From Ruditapes philippinarum (taxonomy: Eukaryota), in NCBI RefSeq assembly GCF_026571515.1, contig NW_026859508.1, forward strand, positions 62,001 through 126,000: 64,000 bases of DNA, written 5' to 3'. A program made the translations under genes and the position numbers. The notes beneath the pieces are model-generated. The model saw only the letters and a list, made by a program, of their open reading frames with translations. It searched no databases and was not told the origin of the DNA. Each line of letters begins with the position of its first letter. The stretch's first letter is position 1. This document shows positions 24,392-38,800 of this stretch, piece by piece.

Positions 24392-27300
24392 ATGGATAGA
24401 GTAAAGTTGAATGTGTCCGGGACGTATTTCGAATTTGATAAAAAATTATTAAAGGAAGGAAAAAGTCCAAAGTTAACTAGAATATGTAGCGAGTCACGAA
24501 AGGAGGGTATACCGATGGAAGCAACAGTGGACTGCTCGCCATTTGTATTTGGTTCGATCCTGGCATACCTTCAAATGGGAGAGCTTCATATTCCGCCGGG
24601 AGTTTGTCCCGGTGCATTTCGCCGGGAAATGGAATTCTGGGAGTTGGATTATGACTGTCTCCATTCATGCTGCGTGTTCAGGTAATTTTATAACGAAAAG
24701 TATGGATATAAAATCATACATTACACAGCACGTATTCTACTCATAGTCTCCTAAATTATGTACGAAAGACATTCTAAGTATTTTTAATTTAAAGAGAATA
24801 AACACGGTGCCAGTGTATAACATTAGAAATAAATGTATAACTGATGTTTTACAATGTAACTAAATTTCTCCAGTAAATCTTCAGTACAACAACAATACAT
24901 TATCAAAGTAAAAATAATTAATAGTATTAATTATTGATATCTACTATTTAAACAATTAAATACTTTTAATATTCTTTGCAAAAATATACATGTCTAGATA
25001 TCAATCATTCCTGGACGAAGAAAAGACGAGAGAGGAATTTTTTCGTAAAGCTCATCCTGCGAAAACAATGGTGGCACCAATATCCACGCTTCCTGTTTCC
25101 GGTTATGCGTCAAGATGTAAATCAAAACTATGGGGAATCATTGACAACAACGAGAACTCTATACCAGCAAAGGTTGTTTTTATATACTACTTACTTTTTA
25201 TTTATTTTTGTTATTTTGTAAGTACGTGCCAACAATTGTATTCCATTTTGCTGATGTAGGGCTTTCACCTTGTTAGACAATTTAAAAAAAAACTCCGCAT
25301 GCATGTATACATTATTGGATAGATCCCCATGACTCGGGCTCAATGTAAAAACAATTATATGCAAAGATGGTCCCGGTTATTCTATTTGTTTTATTTTCAA
25401 AACATAACTGTCAAATGACATCACACTAGCACGTGGAGAAGCTTGACACAAGCAATGGTCAGTATGAAATAGAGATAACGAAACTCAGAATTACCAATTT
25501 AGACGTATACTTTTATGCAAGAATTAAGTTAATGCACCTTTCTTCTTGCATTACCATCTGTACAAGCCCTCGGCCGTATTTAATCCTTCGCCTTTTGTCC
25601 TCGTGTTTCTGCAGAGGTTCATGCACGAAAAAGGTACACTAATTCATTTGAGACGTCTTCGGTACATATGCCCATGAAAACTCGCATTTGACTGTTATAG
25701 CAAAGTTGTGGTTTGGAAAATGTTGTAGATAACATCGCGACAAAAACATTATCACGCCCGGCAAACTGTCGCTCCACTTCAAAAGTGTGGTGTACGGTAA
25801 AACGAGCGAACGGCATTTCCAAGATAGAGCGGAAGACCGATTAAAACGGATAATTGTAAGTGTTGTTTAATTTTATGTCTTGTTATTCATTTAAATTGTA
25901 TTTTTTCGAAAAACGGAAACTGTAGTTCCGTGTAAGATTGATTTAGGCTTTCAATGATCTAAGCTGTTACAAATAGCCCCGGAGAACATTTCTCCCTGAC
26001 GAAGAGAACGACGATTTGTAGAATATTGAACTTCCCAACCATTAAAATGCCATACCCTTCGGATTTCTTTAAAAAGTGTATTACGAATATATCAACCCGT
26101 AATAAGAACTTGTCCTTCGTGCATTATAAATTACTCCTGAATGATTTCTTAAATTTGTAAATCGATATTTTTCGAAAGTAGTGGAGCCAAAGGGCAAGAG
26201 ATGGAGCGAAAGGTTCGATGTTGAGCGCAAGGCGATATCAATTTGGCATATTGGGAGGAGGTGGTCATGAATTTTTATATATAAAAGCTTTAGAAGTTAA
26301 AATCGACATTTTGTTAGTTTATTCAGAGTATCTGTGAACAAAACGAACGTAATAAAAAAGCAGTTCTCAGTCGGTGTACGGACTAAAATAATTAATAATT
26401 GAAAGGCCTAGTTATAGTAGAAATAAATTATTATCTTATCATATTTCTCCGGCTTCACATTTTAGTATGTCTATTTTAACTTTGAAAGATTTTATTTATA
26501 GAAATTCGTAGACTATGCTCTTTACACCAACTTAATGTCGCCTTGCGCCCAACAACCGACCTTTCGCTCCATCTCTTGCCCTTTGGCTCCACTACTTTCG
26601 AAAACTTTTAAAAAGCCACCAAGAGTAGTTTATTTTGCACGAAAGACTAGCTCTTGTTACGAGTTTATATTTTTGTAAAACACTTTTTCAAAAAATCCCA
26701 AGTGTAGAGCGTTTTCATGGTTTGAATTTGACATTTAACAAATCGTCGTTCTCTTCGTCAAGGGGAACAGTTCTCTCAGGCTTGATATAACTTTGTTTTT
26801 GTAACAGCTTAGATCATTGGAAGCCTAAATCAATCATACACGGAACTACATTTTCCGTTTTTCGAAAAAATGCAACTTAAATGAATTACAAGACAAAAAC
26901 ATAAACAACATTGACAATTATCCGTTTAAATCGGCCTCCATAAAAAATTCATAATTAATTTCGTTTAAATGGAATAAAGTTGTAAATGTGTCATAAACCA
27001 ACCACTTCCCATTATCTATTTGTTTTATTTTTCTCCTTTTTGATTTTTTTTCCTTTATCTTATTTGAAGTGATTTAATATTGTAGTGAACATTAAGAAAG
27101 TACTACAAGAAAATTTGAACATTGTTGAAGGACAATAATGTTTTTGTTTAATTATTTTTTTTTAAATAAAAAATGTTTTTGTGTTGGTTTTTAAAAATTT
27201 TTAACCCTTTTTAAAGTCAAAGCATGTAAGTCTGTATGGGGTAACCCCGAAAATTTAAAGCAAATTAGTCAGACTTTTTCTCCCCTTTTTGACAGAAGGT

Positions 27301-30300
27301 TTAAAAAATTAAACCTACCCCTTCCCCCTTTTTACAAATTTTTTACTAAAAGAATTAACAGTTTAAATTTTTACAGTACGTAAGTGCTGTGTTGTGTTGG
27401 GAAAATGTTTATGGGTTTTTAAAAATGCATGGAAAAGTTAGCACAATTTAAATGTAGGGGAAAATTCAGTGCTATTAAAATTCCCATGTAAAATTCAGTG
27501 TGCGTCATATTCCTAAAAAAATTCGTTTTGTTTTTTTTGTTTTTTGTTTAAAAATTTCCCCAGTACATTCTGTAATTTAATATAACTTTTTTTTATATTA
27601 AAAATTCAGTATTTTGCAAATCAATCCATCTCTGAATATCTAATCTGAAAAAGTTTTAAAAATGTAGTTACTATCCTATATTTTCCAAAAATATTGACCT
27701 GGCACTTCATTTAAATTTTCCCAAAAATCAGGGGGTAAAATAAATTGCCCTTTCTAAATTGAAATTTGTTAAAAAATTTTTGTGTTTGAAAAAATTTGGT
27801 TAAAATTCTAAGTAAAATTGGGGGTTTTATTTTTTTTTCTATTCTGTTTTTAGCTTTACTTCATAAAAATCCGACGTTGGGGGTTGTATCAAAATTTGTT
27901 TTTGCCTAAATACCCAATTTAAAGCGTTGTTTTGTGTTGTTTTTGGGAATCAACCCGGTGTTAAAGGGGTAAAAAATTCCCTTTTTGTTTTGTTTTTTTT
28001 TAGCTTTTACCTGAGCTTGCTTAGAGAGAGCTTTTAGGATCGTTGAACGTCCGTCGTCCGTCGTCTGTAGTAGTCCATATTTGTTCGTTAACACTCTAAA
28101 TAGTGGTCATATTTTGCCTCAATCATCATGAAACTTTGTCAGGATGCTTGTCAAGGTAATTGCTCGGATGAATTCGAACATGGGTTACCTCAGATGAACA
28201 ACAAGGTCATAGGAGCTAAAAATAGAAATATCTTGTTAACACTCTAGTGGCTTCTGTATTGATTCAATTATCCTGGAAATTGCTCTGAAAGTTTGTTTTG
28301 ATAATTGCTTGTTCTAGTTTGAAAATGCATCACATAGGATCAAAAACTAGTTCACAAAACCAAATATAAAAAAAAACATTGTGAACACACTAGTCCTCAA
28401 ATTTTTGACTCAATTGCCATCAAATTTATTCAGAATGCGTGTCAAAATAATTGCTTAGATGACTTAAAACATGGGTCATTTCAATGAAAAACTAGGTCAC
28501 AGGAGCTAAAAATAGAAAAAAAATCTTGTTAACTCTCTAGTGGCTACTGTTGTTATCCAAATATTCTGTAAATACGTCTACAAGTTTGTTTTTATGATTT
28601 CTAGATCAAGTTCGAATATGGGTTACCTAGGGTCAAAAACTAGGTCACACCGCCCAAATATGGAAAAAACATTGTTAACACTCTAATAGTCACATTTTTG
28701 ACTCAGTTGTCATCAAACTTATTCAGGACGATTGTCAAGTTAATTGCTCAGATAACTTAGAACATGGGTCATTTTAAATGAAAAACTAGGTCACAGGAAC
28801 TAATTTTTTTAACTTGCTCTGGTGGCTACTAGCTGTTGTTATCCAAATATCCTGAAAAATGGTGGCAAGTTTGTTTTGATGACTTTTAGGTCAAGTTCAA
28901 ATATGGGTTACCTGGGGTTAAAAACTAGGTCACACTGACCAAATGTGGAAAAACATTGTTAACACTCAAGTGGTCACATTTTATTACTCAATTGTCATTA
29001 AACTTCGTCAGGATGCTTGTCTAAGTAATTGCACGGATGAGTTCAATGGGTTGGTGAGCGATATAGGGCCATTTTGCCCTGTTGTTTTTTATTTCCTCTA
29101 TAAGTTCGATTCACTGATCCGATGGTAGCACTGCTTGTATACCAATTTCAGTTGGACTTTCCTCAAAATAATCAACAATTTGTTTAACTTCCATGAACAG
29201 CGATATTTTGAAATTTCGTCTCAAGCATATCTGATCGCATGGTTAAAAAAGCTTTCTAAGGAAATCCGAAGCACAATGAAGGCGAAACAAATACGGTGGC
29301 AATCAGATCTACATACAAGAAATACCTTAATTGAATAAATGACGTTTAAAAAATATAAATAAGTTTTTTGTTGTTGTTGTTGTTTTTGTTGTTTTTTTAA
29401 ACTGGTGTCATGCTTTTTTCAATCAACATGTGCACACACAAATTGTTGTTGTTGATGTTGTTTGTTTTTAAATTTAAAAGCATCTTTTTATTGTCTCGAC
29501 TTACTGAACAGGTGCGGGACATTATTGGCCAACCAATCTGTACGGAAAAAGGATCGTGGTTAATAGCTGCTGGTGATTGGGACTTTGACTACTTTGATTA
29601 TGACAACTATGATTGGGATAAGCCTAAGGGTAATCTAGCCTTCAACGAGAGCAATACAAAGAAAAACGAAAATTTTAAATTGTGTGGGGAAAAATTTTAC
29701 AAAGAGGAGAAGAAAAACAAAATAAAAACCCATTCACTTTCCCGAATTCTCTTTAAACCAATTTTTCAATATTTTGGACATTGCGAAAAAGTTGTTTTCG
29801 GTGTTTTGTTGGTTTTTGTTTTGGTTTTTTTTGTTAAAAAATTTTTAGAGCCTGGCTTTAAATTTTCACCTACTTTTATTTATAATCGTGTCTGTTGAAA
29901 GAAAATATCTATACGAACCATCGCCCTCGGTGATTTTATTGAATTTTGCACAGGTGTTTCGAGCTTTAAGGCTCTTTCGTGTAGTGAAAAATGTCCGTGC
30001 TAGCAAAGTGCTCGATTCTCTTTAAAAAGTGCGTCAAAAAATGACGCTTTTGATCATTTATTTTTTTGGGGTTTTTCTTTGTTTTTTTTGGGGGTTTAAG
30101 TGTTGTAAAAGTTGGGTTGGGGTTGTTTGGGTGGGTTGGTGTTGTGGATTGGAAATGCTATTTTCGCTGTGTGAAATTTGGGGGTTTTTTATCCTCTCAT
30201 TACTTTTGCCGATGTTTGTCAACAATTTCTTAACTCTGTATCAATACTCGTGTGTCAACGAGTCAATAGAGAGAAAAAGGGACATGAAAGAAAGAAAAAG

Positions 30301-30433
30301 CAAAACGGAAGAATGGAAATGCAGTGAAATTGTTGATCTTGACGACCTTAAAACGTCTAACTATTCAGAAACTGACCTACCGCCCTCTTACAGATCACCG
30401 CGAAATAATTCGCTTGCGGACGTAAAAAAGTAA
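24392..30433 (+). CDS. Shaw-like voltage-gated K+ channel, paralogue A (exons 24392-24681, 24998-25172, ~27854-27970 garbled, 29512-30433 garbled); pseudogene or mis-sequenced
   Basis: T1 domain (VKLNVSGTYFE...GELHIPPGVCPGAFRREMEFWELDYDCLHSCC) is intact. S4 (AQVFRALRLFRVVKNVRASKVL) and S6 end (LPMFVNNFLTLYQYSCVNESIE) are recognisable and match paralogue B, but S1-S3, S5 and the pore are corrupted by homopolymer-rich sequence. Confidence 0.85.
25831..26939. mobile_element. Foldback element, ~1.1 kb with ~400-bp imperfect inverted arms
   Basis: e.g. TTTTTTCGAAAAACGGAAACTGTAGTTCCGTGTA vs TACACGGAACTACATTTTCCGTTTTTCGAAAAAA; TTCGAAAGTAGTGGAGCCAAAGGGCAAGAGATGGAGCGAAAGG vs its complement at 26560-26602. 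Confidence 0.9.
27996..29085 (+). mobile_element. Helentron-associated (HINE/pearl-like) element with ~150-bp internal tandem array; opposite orientation to the other four
   Basis: TTTTTAGC...ACCTGAGC start, CGTCCGTCGTCCGTCGTC microsatellite, ~6 repeats containing AAAAACTAGGTCAC, end GGTGAGCGATATAGGGCCATTTTGCCCTGTTGTT. Confidence 0.8.
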
Positions 30434-32949
30434 TGGTTTAATGTAAAATTTGTAGAATTATTTTCGCTGAATTTTCTTAATTTGAGGCGTATTGTGGTAG
30501 TTATTATTTATAACCTCAGACTTAATACGGATTGAACGTAGTTCTATCACGTGGTTTTAAATGTAAGCGAACGCGATAAAATACTCTGATGAGAACTTGT
30601 TAAAGGGTGATTACGAAATGCCATTATCCCTTCATATTATTTTATATCAATATTCAAATTAGATGATGAAATATAGTTTTTACAAAAAAACTTAGTCCTT
30701 TTGTTTTATTTACCCTGCGAAAGAGTGTCAACTTTGTTCTGCAAGACTAGTATATAAGTTTGTTAGTAACAGTAAAAAATATCATCACGAGGAAAATACT
30801 TTTTACCCGAGGCGTTGAGATACTGTTTCTTTATGTTTTTTATTTATTTTTCAGATTTATTACTGTAAAAAAGTACTGTACTAATGTAACTTAAACTTTA
30901 TTTAACTTGAATGTTAACTTGAATAACTCCCATTGGCCTATGGGAATATGGGGTTGTAACATAAAACATATGCAACCGTTCTGACATTTTTATACAACTT
31001 ATAAACAGTAGAACAAGTAAAATGGTTTCCTGCGGTGAATATTTTAATGATATAAAGATATTTCATTTAACTATTTTCAGCATTATTGGGAAATAAACGT
31101 TTGTATCAGAGGAATATAGTTGACAATTGAATAAACGATCAATATAGAAGAAGGTCTTTGGAAACTGGTGACCGTTGAAGACCTGAGAAGATCGAACATA
31201 AAACGATTATTTCTTTTTAAGAAAATGATTAAATAGGTCTACCATTTTATGAATAATTCCAAGCAAACAATAAATAAAGTAAACACACAAGTTTACACAG
31301 AAAATATCTCTATTTATTATGGCAGATGCCATTACGAATATTTTAGTTTTGTAGATTTTCAGTATAAACAATTTATTGTTTGTAAAATTTTAGATAGATA
31401 TTAAAGAAACATTGATAACTTTCAAACACATCATTCAAGTTTTTCCAACTTAAACGGTAAAGTAATTATAGAAAATTAGAAAAATCACGTAATAGTTTTT
31501 TGTTCTTAATTAGGTGTAATGCGAACTAATTCCCTTCAGGTAAATCCGTAACGTACCGGCAAACGGTATTTAGCTAGGTTTTCGAAAAGGTCAATTAACC
31601 AATCATGTACGGTTTACAGATCACATGCTCCTCCATGTACCGAAAACAGGTCACATGCTCCTCCATGCCTCAAAAGTTAAACACGTACCAATACCCTGCG
31701 GTCTCCAGACCGCATGGAATTTTTGTTTTTCACATTGTCTTATTGTCAACGAAGGAATTGTAACATAGAATATATCTTGAACATATAACGCAAAGAAGAG
31801 TAACATAAATTGGAAAAAATATTATTCTGCTAATTTTAAAAATGTTGTTACCATTTAACATGTCGCCCATTAGGATATTTTCTAACAAATTTTTATTATA
31901 TAGGTATTTTAGAATTATCTTTTTTCTGTCAAAATTAAAAAAAAATGTAAACTACAGATGCAGATATATTTAACTTTATATTCCTTAATCAGAATTCGGA
32001 ACAAAGTATAGACCTTTTTAAATTGTGAAATATTACTGGGTGTTGAAATTTGAAATTGACTGAAATTATAGTTTACGATCAGAGAAATATATTAATGGTT
32101 ATGTAGCTTTCCAATTCAACAAAATAAAAGCTTTCTTGAAAACAAATATGATTCCTTTTTATTCAGCGCAATTAAAAATAGTAATAAAAATGTGTATTTG
32201 TTTAACATTGTATAACATTTAAAGTTTGTATTAAATCTACATGATCTGTTGGTTTGGTGTATTTGTTCACTCTAATACTCTTTAAGTGTCCCGACCAATA
32301 AATCATTTTGAAATAACTATATAATTAGTGTATGCTTTGAACGATTAAAGGCCTATTAAGACTCAGAAATGCTTCTCAAAAACTTTTTATTTTCGGCAAC
32401 TAAAGTTACCTATTTGCCATACAATTGAACTATCTTTTGCTTTTATTTGTATGTAAGTCAAACTACCACTTTGTTTACATTTTGCTACCTTAACGAAACA
32501 TAACTTCACATTCAGCGCTACTTTCCTCAACTGTTCAGCATCTAACATGTTCTAAATCCATTATTAAAACAATACTTAACAAACGTTTGATATTTCTAAA
32601 GAATTAACTAAATATTGATTTTAATACAATTCACAATGGTATCATAATGTTAGGCTTTGTGTTAATATTGACACATTTTTAATGGACGATGTAACGTAAT
32701 TGTCATATTAAATGTTTACCCACGCGGGGCTTGAACTCAATATTATAGAACAAATGTTTGGTTTTGTAAGAACGATATTGTTGTAATTTTTGTTTCATTT
32801 CATTTACGATATGAGAAGTGATCGATTGATTTGTGATGTTTTGATGAACCGGTTGTACCGTGATTTCTAGTAATCAAGACAGCTAAACGTCTATGGTGAG
32901 GTATTTAGAAGTCAATTGTTGCGATAGTAAACAAGTCCCTTTAAAATGA

Positions 32950-33498
32950 TTTATTTCATGCTTTCCAGTGTTTTATTGTAATATATCAGATGATAATATT
33001 CTGATAAACCACTAGTGAAATTTATAAAATATAATTTTCACTGTAGCCGGACTATATCCGAATGCGGATGAAAAGAAAATCATAACTAAATAGAATAACA
33101 GTCAGAAATAAATGCCGTCATACGTAAATTGTGCTTCTTTAGGAAAAGAACGTCGATGTTACCATACATCATGTTAAAAATGTAACAAAATTAGAGAAAT
33201 TTAACAGAACTATATTTCAAAATTGATGATGTGACGTCATGATGTGATGACGTCACAAAGGAGAATGCGCGACGTTACGCGGCAAAATCAGTAAAAAATA
33301 CTTAAAATCACTTAAAAAGCATGAAATAAAAAGAAAATTTATTTGTTTTACATATAAGATAGAAATATATTTCATTCGTGAACACCAGCTATTATATTTT
33401 CACTCGTGGCTACGCCACTCGTGAAAATATTGCATCTGGTGTTCACTTAGTGAAATTATATTTCAATCTTACATGCAAAACAAACAAATATCCTCTAT
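32950..33498 (-). mobile_element. Non-autonomous ~550-bp dispersed element (copy B)
   Basis: Reverse complement of 14718-15269 over its full length. Confidence 0.85.
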
Positions 33499-34877
33499 AT
33501 ACTTTCTTTGTAGTAAACTTACAATTTTACTTTTATCACATACTCGTGCCGCATTAGCAACACCGTAAAAATGTATACAAATGTGTTGTTTTTTCTCTCT
33601 CCCTTATTTCCACTGTGTTACTAAATTATATAAGACGGACTAAAAAGTCATGTAATATTGAATACTTGACCATCACCTTTAAATTGAAGATTTTTACAGA
33701 ATATGTTCATGTCTGCCATTAAAAAATTAGCACACAATCTTTCTAAAATCTACAAAGCGGTTAAAAATGATAGTCCCCCCTTCAGACAAAGCCTTTGAGG
33801 TCATTCTAACATTATAGGGACCGACAAATTAAGCCTAGTAAGTTGATAACATTTCGGTTCTTGAATGCATGAAAATAATATAAAACTATTCATTATATAA
33901 CATTAACCATTTCCCTCATATAGACGTGTTTTGACGGCTTTTAGTCCTCCCCCTTTTTTGAGGCCTCAAACAGTGAAAAAATGCCCTATTTAGGTCCGAA
34001 ACACTGTTTTTTGTTTGAGAAATGTTGATGAAAAAAGTGACCACTTTTTCGGCTCCGCCCACCATCAAAATGGTACATCAGGGTGTTGCCAGAAGGGAAT
34101 GTACCCCCTTCTGTTTGTGGGGTTTGAAGGCGGGGGGGGGGGGTGATAGTCCCCCTCATCGCCAAGAAAATTTTGGACATGTGCCTGGCTAAAAATGGCC
34201 TGAGGTCAATCTTAGGGTAACTAGTAACCGACACTGAAAAGCCTTTTACTCTATCTCAATTCATTGAGAAATTGCAGCACTTTGAAATCAGTTTTGATGG
34301 GAAAAAACAATGCAAAAATAGTGTTTTTGGCAATTTTTAAAAGTCCCCCGTTGCCATGGTAACAGGAAATTTAAGATTGAGCATGTTGTTACAGAGTTAA
34401 TTTACGATTGAACATACTGTTACAGGGGCTATGGTCCAGTCAACATTTGTGCTAAGTTTCATCAGTATTGAAGCATTTTTCATAGTTTCATAGCAGTTTG
34501 AACTTGTAACAGGAGGGTTTTTAATGAAAACGGCCATTTTTCACAATATGCTCATGGGGTAAAATGTTAAGAAAAACATTTCATGTAAAACATTTAAACA
34601 TTAAAAAAATACTTTCAGCACACACCAAGTTGATCTGTCATGACGAAAAATCTTCATAAAATCTAAAAATGCGTTAAAAATGTTAATTTCCACCCCAGAC
34701 AATGACTTTAGTTTTGATGAACCGCTGATGACTTTTTGAAAATTTATATAATTTTAAAAGTCCCATTGTTTCTTACATACGTAAATAAGTAAAGAAGAAA
34801 GTGATTTATGCATAATATTGAATGATATTTAGTCTTGTTTTCTTGTAAGTCGGATCTGTTCCTTTACTGTTTCACAG

Positions 34878-35028
34878 ATATGATATAAAGTGATACATGA
34901 TATGATATGATGTGACATGATCTGCTATATGATGCGATGTGATATGATGTAATATATAAAATGATGTGATATGATTTATGATATGATATATAATATATGA
35001 TATGATATGATATGATATGTTATGATGA
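34878..35028 (+). repeat. (ATATG)n microsatellite
   Basis: Imperfect GATAT pentamer run. Confidence 0.9.
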
Positions 35029-35874
35029 TAATTTTTGATCACGTGTTTTAGAAATTTTAAAACTCGCGTGCTTAATACGTCGCACTTTCAGATCAAATCG
35101 AATCTGTGATAATTTGTACTTATTTGTTCCTGATTTCTTTGTTTAGTATGGCTTTCCTTTTCATATGAATATGTTCTTGAAAACTTTATAAATCACGGTG
35201 ACCTTCTGAATTTTCAAAATAGTAACGTGTTTATTATGTTTCTTTTCCATAGACATGATGTCATACAATGTATATTAATTAATATGGATATAATATTTGC
35301 TTGTCGTAATGTACGGAATCGATACATTTTTCCATTTAAAATATTTTCCTTTTTTTACATTTTAATTGGTTTATAAATTGAATAATGCGTGGCGATTATC
35401 GATCATACCTTGGTCACAGATATACAATTACAGATTATTTAATTGAAATATTGAAGTCTATAATAAAACATTGTCATGTTCCTTTTGAATTCCATTTCAA
35501 TAGAGTAATCTTTCATGTCATCCATATCAAAGGATTCTGTTACGGTTCTAGATTCAGACAAATACATCGTATGCAATATTAGTTCAAGTGGATTTATATA
35601 ATTTAGAACTTGATCGGCGGTGTTTTGCTGGTGAGGCAGAATTAATGTTAACGGATCTAAAGTTATCACGGGCTTTGTTAGTAATGGGTGTAACAAATAC
35701 AAAAGTTTGAAAGGAAATTAAACAAAAGCAGATTTCAATAGAAACGAGATCTTTCAAATGGGACTTAATTTCATTTCTAGGATATAGATAAATATGGCGA
35801 GTAAAATGTGTTTTGTTTTGTTTGTAAATTATAAATGAAATGGGTTAAAATAAAGAAGAAAAACTTCCTTAAAA

Positions 35875-38800
35875 ATGACTAGGGTAAAAATAAATGTTTC
35901 TGGGACACATTTTGAATTTGACCGGAATATTGTGAATGAGAAAACATGCCGGCGACTGAGAAAGTTATGTGACCAATGTCCCGTCGACAAACCAGTAGAA
36001 TTAACAGTTGATCGGTCGGCAATTGCATTCGGTGCCATACTTTCGTACTATCAGACTGGCGAATTGCATATTCCGCCGGGAATATGTCCCGGTGCTTTTC
36101 GTCGGGAGATGGAATTTTGGGATCTGGACTCTGATGCACTGCACGAGTGTTGCTTGTACAGGTATAACACCACGTTACGTTTATACAGATTTTATTTTAG
36201 TTCGATTGTATAGGAAGCTAGAAGCTTATGGACACACTTTCGAATCTGTTCCTGGAACCAACCAGTACTGAGCAATAAGTGTAAAGTTTCTTGCTCAAGG
36301 AAACAACCCTGCACTTGTCCCTGACGGGTTTGAACCCATGCGCCTAGCGACCATTAGATTATTAGTCCGACGCGTTAACCTATCGGCCATGACGCTACTC
36401 TTACGCCTCTTTTTTATACTCGTATGTTCAAGTTGATATTTTAACCATTGAATTTTAATTTAAACAAAATTTTAACATTTTTTTTAAATTTAAAACACAA
36501 CTGTGAGTTTAATAATATCAATATACTGTACAAGACCATCAAAATGTTTTCTTTTTTTTTCATTTGTTTAACAATACCGTTCATTTAAATACTAAACTGC
36601 ATTTGTTTCATTTTTTCACAATTTCGAATTTTTCAATTTCGTTTAGAATCTAGAAAAAGTAAATTATATAAAAACTCAAATTATTGAATTATTTTATAAT
36701 AAAATGACACAAATATAAAGTAAGTAAGTAATCTATTTATTTATTCATTAAGGTGACCTGTGTAAACATATCTTACAAATCAAATTATGTACGGTAAAAT
36801 TTAATCATTTTTACAAGGCCCATTTGTTATATTCATACACACCTCTACTGTGCAGATCTCTTTTTCCGTGGTCAGGAAGCCGATTAATTATAGTTTTAAA
36901 CATTCAGTGTACACGTTTGTAAACTAAAAAAAATAACTATCACGATAGAAAATAGTACTTAATTGTTTTTCATATTAAAAATGAAGAGAAAATGACTGTG
37001 TAACACATTTTAATATTTTATAAGAGGAACAGATAATAATTCACGAAAGTTCAACTAAAGTATGAAATAATAAGAAAAGATTGTTCACGCTTTTGTCTTT
37101 CTTTGAGTTTAGGATAGTATTTATTAGTAAGCATTTACAAAATTAACTTGGTCAAGAACGGCGCAGCCATTCGACCAATTTAATTAACTTAAAGTAAATC
37201 CGTACTAATAGACACACACTAATGAAGTATTTCACATCATTTTTTTTGTATAAAACTGTCGACTGTTTACTAGACTGATTAAAATTAGCCGTTTAACAAA
37301 GCAAATGTGTTAAGAATTATTTCTAAGACAGTGGATCATGTTGAGTGCATTGAAAAACACAGGTATTCAACATACATATCTAAATTTTGTTACGGGAGGG
37401 CTTTTATCCGCCTTGTTAAAATTTCAAGGGAGGACTTTTGTCCACCCAGTCATTTTCATAGGAGGGCTTTTGTCCGCCCTGTCATTTTCACGAGAGGGCT
37501 TTTGTCCGCCTCGTCATTTTTTGAACAGGGGGACTTTTTGTCGGGGGGGGGGGGTGAGCTTTATCCGTTTCCCAATCTAACGTGGCAACCGCAAGTTGTT
37601 GCTACGATTGACATCAGGAATTTGAAACTGAAATAGACCGTTTTCGCTGGCCACATAAAACATTTGGCCATGTATAACTTATATGTTACATTGATTTATG
37701 TATTTTTATACTTTTTTTTATACTTTTGAAAAATAAAAAATAAATATATATTTTGTATCATAATTTGACGATTTATATCCAATATAAATCTGATAAACAG
37801 CAAAAAAATGTTGAATGGAATATTTTAGATATCAAGCATTCCTTGACGACGAGGAAACCCGCCGGCGATTCTTGAACAAGGCTCTTCAACCGACGCCGGC
37901 GACATCGCCTGTAATCCAGTCAGCGGTAATCGGTAGCTTAATGACGTACAGATCAAAATTGTGGAAAGTAATAGATAATAACGAAAATTCTATAGCTGCG
38001 AAGGTAAACAAATTTTACCAGATTAAATCAGTTTCCAGATAACCAATTTAATTTCATTAGATTTCACATTTAAAGGCAATGTTAAATCTGCAAAATTTGT
38101 TTTTTTATTTTTAAGCAAAGAATATTTAAAAATGAATAATGGTTTAAAGAATCATAGATGTTCGTTACCTGATGAAATTGGTGATCAATGTGAAATAATT
38201 TAACATAAAGGTAGCAAAATGTAAACAAACTAGTATTTTGACTTCATACAATATACTCATTCACTGTAACTTATTGCCAAGAAACAACAGATTAAAAAGA
38301 TGTAAGTAATTGACCAGTGAGTTTTTTGATATTATAAAAGTGCACCAACGCTTTTAAAAAAATAAAAGTTAAAGCTTTTCTGAGACTAATGGACCTTTAA
38401 ATAAATATCATTGCAATAAACTTTACGGGAGTTATCTCCATAAGACTTTAATTACACGAGTGATACAAAATATATGTCTATAAAATCACACGTGAGGTAT
38501 TGTTTTGATTGTTTATTAAAGGGTCTCCACTGAGGTTTTTGACATGACAGGACTGGGATAATTTTTCCATTTGATGTAGATCTTAATGAATTACATGTGT
38601 GCAAAAGATTGGGGCCGTTTCATCAACGTGTCGTAGCACGTTGATAAAACGTCCCCACAATGTTTTCCCACAATAATTATACTTATTGTGAGAAAATTGC
38701 CAAAACTTAAAAGCGTTGCAACGTTTTTCACTCATATTGGGCTAAGGATAGCATAAAAAGGCGGATTTTCAATTTATTTCTGAGAATATTTCTTACTTAT

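Noticed and set aside
33900-34760. GC-richer segment, possible transposon body
   Set aside because: No termini, second copy or coding similarity could be established by eye.
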